This document shows, piece after piece, positions 13,038 through 24,600 of a stretch of DNA of 64,000 nt. The translations under genes and the position numbers were made by a program. Source of the DNA: Haplodiscus bocki (Eukaryota). Location of the stretch: the NCBI GenBank assembly GCA_965655095.1, contig OZ296653.1, positions 40,176,001 to 40,240,000 on the forward strand, in the 5' to 3' direction. The notes beneath the pieces are model-generated. The model was not told the DNA's origin. It did no database searches and saw only the letters and a program-made list of their open reading frames with translations. Positions within the stretch are counted from its first letter, which is position 1, and every line of letters begins with the position of its first letter.

Positions 13038-13186
13038 GGATTCACATGGTTTTTTGGGGGTACATACCAAGATTGCGTCAATCTTTTCGCGGGAAAAGAT
13101 TGAGAGAGACGAAAGATTCACCCGCCAAAAAATTGACGCAATCTTCGGATTGACCCGCGAAAAACTATGTGGATCCCTATACTACT
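13038..13186. repeat. Polinton right terminus: 56-bp-arm inverted repeat (fold-back) followed by the ACTACT end
   Basis: 13038-13093 matches the reverse complement of 13121-13176 at 46/56 positions without gaps, around a 27-nt loop. ACTACT lies at 13181-13186; the candidate 6-bp TSD is ACCGTT (13187-13192). Confidence 0.8.
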
Positions 13187-13194
13187 ACCGTTAA

Positions 13195-13720
13195 AAGTCG
13201 GCATCTTTTACTTAAGTAATGCACAGACAAAAACTTCTCCCATTTACAACATTCAACATTGGCTGCGATCTGAAATTTTCCATGGGTTCTTTTTGCCAAA
13301 AAATTCTCGAAAATAGAGCTGTTATAAGCTATTTGTCCGTACAGTGTCAAATGGGAAGTCCTCTACTTTGCCAAGTAGGCCTACACATCGCCTAAACTTT
13401 CAACAGATGTAACAGCAAGACTTCCACCGGCAACATGAATAATTTCCTCCGGTTCAAAAAATTTTCGATAGGATTAGTGCGGAAAAAAGAAATTTGAAGA
13501 ACAGGCTTTTCCTAGCCACTTTGTCATATTGGTAGTCCTTTTTTTGGCACGTAGGCCTCCACAACACTCTAATTTTGCACGGGAAGTAGCACCTAAATGT
13601 TACATAAATATTGTTGGTAGAGTCAAAAATTGTTTCGATGGGTTCGGTTTAGAAATCAAGAAGTTGAAAATCGAATTGTTTTGAGAATCGCTTCAACATT
13701 TCGAAGCACTATACCTCTCA
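13195..13720 (+). repeat. Degenerate tandem repeat, about 175-bp unit, about 3 copies
   Basis: AGTCCT...GTAGGCCT.CAC recurs at about 13376 and 13551. It resembles the 180-bp repeat at 35260-35620. Confidence 0.6.
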
Positions 13721-14125
13721 CATTTGTATGACCATGTAGTTATTTTTGATTTCGAATGAATAAAGTTCCCGTAAGCTTCAATCTTTTAAGCAAGTGTTTT
13801 CGCAAAACATCACAGTGCGACTGCGCCTTTTATTCAAGATTCAATTTCATCGTAGATTGACCATCATGTTATTTTCATTCGAAATGTATGGGCGTTTTTA
13901 TTTTTCAGACAAGTTCTAAGCTAATTTTACTAGTAGAGAAATTGAATAGATATTCGAAACCCCAATCTTCAGCTTCGGAGACTGTAAAAACATAGCCGCC
14001 CAATGCGGATAGGTCTTCGAAAGTTTTTTGATTTGCGCGCTTTCACCTCTGCTATGATGGTCCGTATGGTCCTTCCTGTACTCCCACACAGCTTCTAAAT
14101 AAAATTTTCCGAATACCTCAGAACT

Positions 14126-14196
14126 GGACAGTCAGAGATTCCAACCTCCAATCTGCAGCTTTGGAGATAGGTTTCTTGACCACTAGACAATGTATC
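14126..14196 (-). repeat. tRNA-like sequence (SINE head or tRNA pseudogene, CCA anticodon-like loop)
   Basis: A-box-like TGTCTAGTGGTCAAG, loop CTCCAAA and B-box-like GGTTGGAATC. The stems are poor. A related partial copy lies at about 13950-13985. Confidence 0.4.
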
Positions 14197-14943
14197 TAAA
14201 AATGTATTTCAAAATTTTTCACTAATACTTATAGATAAAAATATATCGGCTAAAAATATGCCGGTGCAAGCCGGCTGTCTTGTTACAACATTCTCGGTCT
14301 CCACCAGTGAATGATCGCTTACAAAATTATCCCTGTTTGCCGCTTTGCCTTATTGCGGAATTTATTTTCGCTGGCTCTTCTTCGCTTATTTATTGCTTAA
14401 GCTGTGGTAAATACACTGGCCACAACTTTGAAATTGCATTTGAAGTCTTGCTTTGTGACTTCGAATGAAAACTTTCACCTGCCAATTCTAAAAATTATAA
14501 TTTTTTGAAGGAAATTCGGAAAACAACCAAACCAAGGGGGTGTTTGTTGCTCTGTATGATGTATTGCACGGCTGCGCCGTAAAATTAAAGTTAACAAAGC
14601 ATCGAATATGCAAATATACTTCAAAATTTCGAATTGCGACATGCGAATAATTTCATGCCAAATATAATTAGAAGAGATACTGTTATCACGTAATTCTAGC
14701 ATTAATCTGTCTTTCCGCTACCATCGGATGCTTCGAATCATGATAAATTTTCGTCAGGGGACTTTTCCCAGATTAGCTAGCATTCTGCGTCCAAGTGCAA
14801 CCTACTCTTAATCAGAGTTAACTTAACATCTATATTGGCGAAATTTGAATTGGCGAAATGTAACCCCAAATGTCTATGACGTCGTCAGAAATTGGCCGAG
14901 TTATCACTAATAACGCTCTAACCAGGAAAGGTAATTAACGTAC

Positions 14944-15684
14944 CTTGGAAAGAAAGTAATCAATAAGCGTCAACGTTGGAGAAGAAAATTTCTCGTATTG
15001 ATAATGCTGTTCTTCATGGGCCAACAAAGAAGAAGAGTTTTCATTGAATATTTTCATGTTCAGAGCAATTCTGTGTTTGTTGGCTGCTACATGCGCCGCA
15101 CTTTCTGCTCTCGCAGCTTTGTTCACTTCTACACCGACGTTAATTGCATCTTGGGGAGGAAGCCCTACACCGGCTGCAGGACTACGCCGTCTGACACACC
15201 CCCCAGCCACGAGGGGAAACATGCCTGTATTTAGCGGATGGGCCACAATTCGTAGCATCTCATTTGGGTCACCAGTCACCAATGCGTGGAATAATACACC
15301 AATGTAGACGACACAACATGATTCAATTAATAGAATCTTCAACTTATCTTCAGAACTTGGATTTCTAGCTAAGGCGTGATCGGATAGAAGTCGAAGAATA
15401 AGTTTAACACCGGGCCAGTCACATGCTTTGGATATAATTTGGGAGTTTATTGATTCAGCACGGCGTCTCTTAGAGGCCAACAAAATGGAAGTTTTATCGA
15501 TTAAGGATGCACGGTTGTTGGCCATTAGTTGACCCACTCTTCGAGGGCTAGCGGTGAAATGAGAAGTGTTCTGACTCGATTCATCCTCACTGCCTTCTTC
15601 TAGGGTGACTTTGGTACTGTCTTGGAGCGATTGGTAAACGCAGGATGACAAAGCACCACACAAGTTCCTCAGCGTTATGGCAAC
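14944..15684 (-). CDS. DMXL: DMXL coding exon 13 (last exon seen; ends at a splice donor)
   Basis: ttttttcag|VAITLRNLCGALSSCVYQSL...WPGV..I...GG...YEKFSSP..TLIDYFLSK|gtacgt. Confidence 0.9.
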
Positions 15685-18600
15685 CTGAAAAAAACGGACA
15701 ACCAAAAATCCAAACTGCAGTCCACTTGTTTTTGAAAGGCTCTTTTTGAGATTTTATGCATCGCGGTGCCAAAAAAATTGCGCAAAAAAATGACACCTGA
15801 AAAAACACAGATGAGTAGCGCCAGTAAATAGCGTCTTCAGAAAACTAAATTATTCAACGTCGCATGGTTTATTCGCAAATGCTTTCGCTAGTTTTCAGCA
15901 AAATTATATTTTCCCTAGTACACATTTTTCCTTTGTAGAAGAGAATATAATAGTACGGATACAATCGAGCTACGATTCCAAACCAGGTGTTGCTAGTAAG
16001 ATTCCGGTCTCAGGTATTTTGTTCTAACCCTCAAAGAATTGGTAGACTGTGGAGGACTTGTATAACTAGTCAACGATTTGGCTAAGTCTTTGCAAAACTT
16101 CTCTAAGTAGTTGAAAGGGTTAACAACCACTGTCTGCACTGGGGCCAAACAAGCCGATATCAATGGAAGTGCTACTGGGAAAGGCAACGCCGAAGACAAC
16201 TGTTTGCGACTGTAGTTCTGCTGCAGTTCTTGCAGAAGCTGTACCAACTCCATTCTGATGGCTGACAACCCACCTCCGTTGCATCCGTACAGCACCGAAT
16301 AAGATAGAAATATTCTCAAAAGTTGCTGGTTTCTTTTCAACCAGCATCTACGACTACGGCTCTTTTCTAAGTTGACATCAGATTGATCAAACACAAAAAT
16401 ATTCGAGCTTGATTCCGGACTAAGAGATCTGAAGTCGTCTTCGTGGAACTCTTCAACCGATTCGCGTTCATAACACAGAGTATGCAGCAAGTTGACAACT
16501 TTTTCAAGCCACATACGAAAGTATCCCCTCAAATGGCTTTCCTCACAGTCAAACGATATTGCAAGAGTCCGCAGCTCCTCTACAAAGATCTTCAAACAAG
16601 CTGACTGTTTCAAATACACTGCGAATATTTCTTTGGTCGAGTCTGAAGCGGTTGCTTTCTTTGATTCCATTTCGAGTGCAATCGTCTGATTTTCTTTTAT
16701 AGGTGAGCTTTCATCTTCCAGTTCAATGGGAGTCAAAACATCTCCGAGGTCAATATCTAATTTCATGTCGAAATTCACGCTCCCGTTAACTTCGACAGGT
16801 GCACCCCAATCGAACATCCCTGTATCAGTTGATTGCTTCTCAGCTTGAATTACCTGATTCACACCTTGGCCTCCAAAACCATCAAATCCATTAGCATTTT
16901 CATGCGACGGTTCTTCAATTGTCCCAGACCGGAAAGGTTTCCGTTTTACAGAAATTTGGTTCACATCTAAGGAGGAGTTCAGGTCTAGATTGTCTTTTCG
17001 GACAGCCGGTAAGATAGTCAACACCTCGAGAGCAAGGAGCGGACAGCCATTTGTGAAATGTGCGGCAGCAGTTTTGAAAAAGAGCAAACGTTCTTCTTTT
17101 GTAACTTCATTCAAATTCATCATTTGCTCTCCTTTTGCATCGTGTACTCCAGTCATGTGAGCTAAAAACACAGATTGTCCTGCGATCGACATGTCATTCA
17201 TTTGCTCGATTTTGAGAATATGTCTTCTCAATATCATCGGATGTCTTCGCAAATAGTTATAGAAGTTGAAGACTGAAATATTTTGACTTTGATCGGTGGA
17301 ACAGGCTTCAATCAATGCTATTAAAGCATGGCTGTAATTTTTCAGCCACCAGTTTGCGATGCAGCGGAGGAACGGGCTATGATTGGACGGATATCCTGCT
17401 CCGACACTGCTGTTATTTACAGCACGAGAAGGGGCTTGGGTTCTAGGCTCATTCACAACTCCATTGACAGGGTTAATTACATGTTGCTGCAGAATCTCTT
17501 GCGCTTTCTGTGAAAAGTCTAGTTGTTCCTCATAAAGTCGCGAAATCACTATCGCTAATTGTATGTCGTGCAATTTTTTAACGCACACCTGCACTGCGTC
17601 ATCAAGGGCTCCGGCGAGTAGGAAAAACGCAGCTGCGTGTTCGAATCTCAGCTTAGAATTCAAGGCGAATGCGTTTTTCAAAGCGATTCTTTTGTTTTCG
17701 GCAGTTGAGAAATCTTTGGCGAAAAAGTTTGTCATTCGTTCATCTCCCACGCTCTTGAACAGCCCCTTCAACACGTTTTTCTTCTGCATTGCAATGTAAA
17801 AAATGGCCGCGTCCATTGGCTCTTTTCTAAACTGAAAATGTTCGCGTGCAACTTTTTCGATCAAACGTCGAAGAGTGTTCAGATTTGTGACCCACCACCC
17901 AACACCCACGTTACGTAAATCTGTCCACTTGGAATTAGGTCTCAAGGCAGCCAGCATTTGGTCTTCACTTTCACTTAGGTGCGCCCACGCAAACCATCCA
18001 GGGTCTAACACTTGCTGAGCTGGTGATGCGAATGATTGCCCACACGCTCTCAGAATGTACTGGTGCAGTTTTAGTCCCATCACAAACTTCATTCCACATT
18101 CATCAATGGTATCTTTGGCCAGGCTACTGTCGGCTCCTGTTGGAACAAAATTGAAAATCATTAGGGCGATCTTTAAGGCTCTGGTACCGGAGCGAGAATA
18201 TCGGTTGTTAACATTTTGTATTTCTACTTTTCATAACATGATTTGACCATTATGGCTATTTGTCTCTTTGAATTTGGTATTGCTGCAAAAACTGTAGAGC
18301 CCAAATATAGTGTGAAGGAGTGGGACTTCGTATCATTCTGAATCAATGTTTCGAATTTTCTCAATCTAAAGAGCTGCGGACCTTGCTGATCCAACAAAAA
18401 ACAAGCGCAGAACAGCTCAAAGTCGGCGGTGCCCATGTGTCGGGCGCGAAAATTTTAGTGAAACAAAGAAATTCATTTTTTTTGTCTCACAGTGCCGAAA
18501 AAATTTCGTAGAAGGCACCTTTTGAAGTTTGTGAGTACTAGTCCGTGCTGGTTATAGACTACACTTGCATGCTTTAAAATATAATGCCAGTGAAAAAAGT

Positions 18601-21600
18601 AGACAATTCGTTGTGATTTAAAAATTCAGAAGTGACTACAAGAGTCGGTTTTTTTTACCAAAGTAAAAGCGCCGACAAAAATCACCTCGAAGCAAAATCA
18701 CTGTAAATAGTTAAGCTAATGTCATAATAAGTTCAAGGCGACAAATAAATGAAGATATAAATTGACACCTTTACAATACAGACATCTCATGTATCAGCGG
18801 CTTTTCTCTGACAAAAAATCTGAAGTAAATTGATTTAGAAGCAACCTGTGCTTTAACTCGTTCCACCCCAAAATACCCAAGCCCAAAATGCCCAAGGCTA
18901 AAATACCTTAAATCCCAAAATACTTCAAGTCCCAAAATACCCAAACTCGAAATATACAAAGTACTCAAGATTTAAACTAAATACAAACTAAATAATTAAA
19001 AGCGTCTTAACATTAAAGAACCCAAAATGTTTGCACGCTGCATAAATGCTTAATTGGTATCGTAATTCTAGACACGATTATTAATAGACTGAACAAAATT
19101 ACTACCACATCTACTATCTACTTTGCAAAAACACTATTTTGTCATAATTTTGTCCCGATATTGTTTTAGGGGGAACACAATTTTGTCTCTCAGGGCCGAA
19201 AATTTTGTGAATTTTCGGAAAAAACTATTCATGAAAATTATTAATTCCAAAGTCTCAAAAGCTATAATTTCAGAAAATTATTTTGTGCAAAAATTTTTGG
19301 ACAAGAAATGCGGAATTTTGGAAATGCAAGTTTCCGATTATTTTTTAGCGAAAACTAGTTTCAAAATTTTTTTGACACTGTGACAAAATCTTGATAATAA
19401 GCCCCCCTTCCCCGTGTATAACCATTTTTGTTAGCCTCGCGGCTGTTTTTCTGTTCAAGGTAATTTTCTGTAAATATTTTGACTAAAGGTATTTTAATCT
19501 GACACCACCAATATTTTGAATCCTCAATAAACCTACGTAATTAAAAGTGTCTGGAAACTTTTGGGTTAAGACGCTAATAATTGTTTAATAAGTATAGTTA
19601 TTTCAATCTTGGGTATTTTGGACTTTGGGTTTGGATACTTTGTCTTGCCACCGCATAAAACTAAAATTCGGTAATTGGACGCTTAGTTCCAGTCGTCTCT
19701 CCATTTTCGGGAAATTTACATAAATCGAATGTACACTGGGAAAATATTTTTCCACTTGAACCGAAATTTATAACAGTTGATTTTACCTTGAGCGAAATCA
19801 GACGATTCTGTGCTGATAGTAGAAACAACTTCTGCGATAGCCAAAAGATGCATCTGTTCTGTCCTCGTCAAGTCAGGAAGTTGAATTTTTGTCAGACATT
19901 GAGAGAGCAAACGCGACTGTGCTGCTCCAAAATATATCGGTCCAATGCTTTTGACAGCTATAGAAAGTTCTTCAGGTTTTGGCGAAAGGGAAGCACTTTC
20001 CCTTGACTTCTCGCCGCTGTCATGGAAAAAATCTATGTCCAAATCTAGCATCGAATCAACAGGTTTCTCTTCACTAAACCCAAACAAGCCAGCGTATTTG
20101 TCATTGGGGTCTTGTACACTTGAATTTTCGGAGGTGTTCTTTGGCCGGATGTCAGATTTACCAGTTTTGCCTCTGAGGTTCAACAACGGATTGGCAGTGG
20201 AAACACTCATGTTGTCCATTTCTACGAGGCTGTGCAGAGGTAGAGGAGGAATGTTGTCAATTTGGGACTTGTTGAGGTCATTGGCTGAGAAGGAAGTAGA
20301 TGCTTTCTTTTGGATTGTCATAGACCTGCTCAACGTTGCCCGTCGGGTTTTCATTGCGTCATGTTTCTCGTCTTCTTCCAGATCTCCTCGTATGATCGCT
20401 TTTACAACTGCTTCCTCTCCGACTACAGCAATTGAAGAAATACCATAATTCAAAGATTATAAGCCTAAACGGGATATAAGACCTTTCGATTTCTATTCTC
20501 CCTAAAAATAGCTCAGTTCAGAGCAGAAAAATCCTCACACTTTCCAACTTTTAGTAAACGAAAGCAACGTCAAAATTGTCCAATGATCCACTTTCTCATT
20601 GAATTAACTTTTTCAAAATACAAAAGAAATTTTGGGAGGTAATTGTTCACACTTCGCATAAACTTTCTTTTGAGAAACATAGTATAAATTCGAAGATCCC
20701 TAAAGAAATCTCAGAGCTTACTTTTTTGTTCCAAAAATACGACACCCCTCTTACTATTCACAATGAACGCCTGTTTACAGAGGGGTCTTATTTATACCCG
20801 CGAAAATATGGTATATGTACACGAATGTCTAAATCGGACTATTTTCTCAAATAATTTCCCATCCCACAAACAGCCTATATGTCCTTACCAGCAACCAAGC
20901 TTCTCAGACCCCAAACGATTCTAAAAATGCAACGGAAAACCGAATAAAAGCGCAAACAACCAAGGATCACAAAAAGAAAGGAATTCGAACTAATGTTGAA
21001 CTAATGTTTTTGAAAACTGACACACACCATAAAATCTAAGCAGTTTTCAAACTATTGGTTCTTGATATTCTATGTTTTACTCCCACGAAATCATGTCAAC
21101 TATAGTCTAATTACTCGATCATATCAGCGACAAATTCTTCAGTTAATTTTGGAACACGATGACAGTAAATTGACATACTCACCAATAGTTTTGACCAAAT
21201 GAGCCAAAATTGCTTTTACGCGCGACGTTTTCCCAAAATTAAGAAGACCAATCAACTGTTTCGGGTGATACTGAGGTAACATCGGTGTCAAACAGCGGCT
21301 TTCCTCAAAGATGCCAGGATCAATGAAGTCCCGCAAAGACACAGCAGCCCCAGTTTCACTTTCAATTTTACTGGCTTCGCAAACCTGAAGCACACAATAT
21401 CCATTGCTAATACAGCCGGCTAGCCCCAGCATATTTTCCACTCACCAATTTCGTAAAAAAAAAGATGAAAACGTTTTTTTTTTCGAAAGAAAACACTCCT
21501 TATTCATCGTATTTTCTAATTATTCCAACTTCACAAATTTTCTGATTTTTTGCCAAAAAAACCTCATACTTAAGGCGGAAAAGATATTTTTAAGAAATAA

Positions 21601-24600
21601 TACCACTTGATACGCATTCTACAGCAAATCTGCCCCTTTACCGATTTTGAAAAAAAATCCTCTTAAAAAAAGACTTTCAAAAAATACGTAAAAATTTCGT
21701 ACGTATTTGAGAAATCTTACTATTTCAGTCGCATTCCACGGCAAATTTGCTATAACTTGGTGATAAAAAAATTTCAATTCCAGAATCGCCCGAACATTCG
21801 GATATTTTCTATTGGCAAACGAACGTAAAAAAACGCACGCGTTGAGTGGCTAAATTTCCTTCTATAATATAAATATGGGTAGAAAATTGAAAAATATTGA
21901 ACTAATTTTTTTACACTTTTCAACGATAATAAAGATCAGTTCTCAGTTGTAAAAAAAGGGCCCCAGGCGGGGCTCGAATATCTACGCACAAGAAATAAAA
22001 ATCGCATTTCGAGGCTACCAAAAAAAAGTCGCGAGGAGGCTCACTTTTGATTCAAAGAAGTTGATTCAATAACGATACTGAAGCTTGAAAGAATTGTTGA
22101 AGAGGGGGATTTACAACAGTATCAAGCGCGTTTTTATCTTACGATATGCAGTTGAAAAAACCTATTTAGAAAAGCTAAATTGCAGAATATATGGCAAAAA
22201 TAGTTATTTCGGCTTCAAATACGTTCTCCAATATTTGCAAAAAATTGAGAAAATTGGCAAAACTATATAGAGGTGTAATCTTCTGCTTTGGAATACGAAA
22301 GAACGTAAATTCCCGAAAAAATACGTAAGTTTCCAAAAAAAAATATCAATCACTGATGGAAACAAATATTGGCGTTTTCAAAGAAATGTGATGCAGCAAC
22401 GGATCAGGTGGCAAAACGATTAAACAATTACGTTGTTCTAAGCCAGTGACGTCATGACGATACAAGCGGTGTGGTAGTAAACGTGCGGCAGAAGTGTCCG
22501 GGACATAGATTAAAGGTCTGAAAAAAGTTCGACGTAGTCCCTATAATATTTTCTGCCTTCAGCTTCGATATACACAACACAACAGAAATAAAATTGGCTC
22601 TTAGGACAGAATTATTTTTCATAGCAATCTTGACTTTCAAAATTTGCAAGAACGGATACAAACCTTGTCATTAACATTTTGTGATGCCAAAGAATTTAAA
22701 GAGTTCACGCTTCCTTTCAGAGAAGCGCTTGCGCTGTGTAATGAAGAAGAATCCTGGCTTTTTCTCATTTTTGTCAATGGGTTCTTAGCGTCACTCAGAC
22801 TTTTAGATATATCAGTGAGAGTTCCTCTTTTTGGCTTGCCTAGACCAGTGGAGCCAGAGCCAAACAAGCTATCGGAAGCTTTTTTCTTGCTTTGCCACTG
22901 ACTGTATATTTGCATTTCGTTCATGAGGCCCAGAATGAGGATTCCATTCGCAGCGCACGTCATCAGAAGTGGGAATGGAGAAAGCTGGTCGGAAGTTGAA
23001 ATGTTGACAAAAGCTATTGGGACCCATTTGCGACAGCAGCTTTCACCTGAATTATAGTTTGCACATGAGGGAAGTATCCAAGAAAAAATTAAGATGTCAT
23101 GTTACCAACATTCTAGTATACAAGAAGCCCGGTGCGCGGGATATTTTTTGACGCCCCTCACCAATGCTTTAGGATGTTTTTTGAAAAGTTTTTAGAATGT
23201 TCTAAGCTCACAGATTATATTTGAGTAAGTTCATCGGAATTTTAGAGTAAAAATTTCAAACGACTATATCAAATCTGATTACATTTAGCCGGAAAAACTC
23301 GAATTGACATCGCGGAGCACCAGGAACACTTCCTAGATGCAAAAAGAACAAAATTTGAGCAGTACCTGAGATACTATTATTTTGAATAATAGAACTGTTG
23401 GCAGTGATTGCACTTTTTGGATTGCTGGAAGCGGTGGAAGATATGCTGGTTGTTTGTGAGGCGTAGACAAAAACAGTTTCCCCAGTGCATACACACAACA
23501 AATATGAGCTATCGTACTTTGGAACCCAACTTAAGTGAACATATTCTCGCGGTGCTGTGCCGTTTTCTTGCAAATCTAGATACACTTTTTTCACACACGT
23601 TGCTCCAAGACTCGCAGATGGCTTCTTACACTGGCGGTCGGAGTCACTAGAGAAGGGTTTTCTGCTAGAACTAGTCTTTTTATAAAACGAGGATATTCGT
23701 CCGAAGGTTAGAGGCTTGGAAGAGACTCCGTTAAGAGCATTGTGGCACGCACGTGGGGGTACAACTGACCCTCGAGAAGTTCCGGCTTTCAGCTCCTCAA
23801 TGGTTGCTCCTTGAACATACACAGGTGGCTTCACACCTGAATTGACAACAGTATCTTCTAAATTCCACGCAGCACCTCCTGAACTTTCATTTTCATATAT
23901 ATCAACTCGAACTGTGACAGTTTCGTTCTTCAAATCCGGGATCTTGTACGACAAGGCTATTCTTCCAAAGTTGGCACAAGTTACACCAACAGGTACAGAT
24001 GGTGTTGTTAGGCTGTTTTCGTTTCCTCGACTGTATACTGAAGTCCATTTTTTCCAATCAAACGATTCGTTGTTGGGTGTCAAAGAGCATTGCCAAAAGT
24101 GCACATGATTGTCGCTTGTAGCGGTGATAATTTGATAAAGAGTATCAGTTCTACTGAGGGGATGTTTTACCAGTTTGCTCACACCTTCAGGCTCAGCAAC
24201 ACAGGTGGCCTCAATGTTAGCACCATCTAGCGGCAATTTTTGGCTACCTTTATACTGCGAGGAAATGGTCAACAGATTTCGAATTTCGGAGCAGCTTTTC
24301 TTTTTCGGACTGCCTCGCTGTACATCGTTCAACGTTTCTTCTGGAATGTTAGACATATTTATGGGGAACATCGGCAAGTTAGAGCTGTCAAAATTCATCC
24401 TAATTACCCAAGTGTAAATATTCCAGGCAGCATCTGCATACTCGAGAGATTTGGCAATGGTTACAAGAACGAAAGTTTCATCGAATACAGAATCTGAGAA
24501 GTTTTCGGGACTATGCAAGTCTGAGGAATTTTCAGTACTGGTTACATCGTTCAGTTTGAAGACGTGAAACAATTTGACAACCGAATTTTGTAGAAATTTA

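Larger units (their letters stand above)
1..13186 (-). mobile_element. Degenerate Polinton/Maverick (adintovirus-like) endogenous viral element; left part lies outside the window
   Basis: Co-oriented minus-strand remnants of pPolB, adenain protease, major capsid, minor capsid, retroviral-type integrase and A32-like ATPase. The right end reads ACTACT at 13181-13186 (5'-AGTAGT on the minus strand), a known Polinton terminal motif. All recognised core genes are broken by frameshifts or stops. Confidence 0.93.

Noticed and set aside
14126-14196. Functional tRNA gene (also tRNA-like fragments near 21960, 53040-53100 and 63930)
   Set aside because: The acceptor and anticodon stems do not pair properly and the B boxes are degenerate, so they were treated as SINE or pseudogene fragments.
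19945-20448. Plus-strand ORFs overlapping DMXL exons (also 15044-15307, 22644-22901, 23842-24497, 37900-38340)
   Set aside because: These are antisense shadow frames of real coding exons, with no recognisable motifs.
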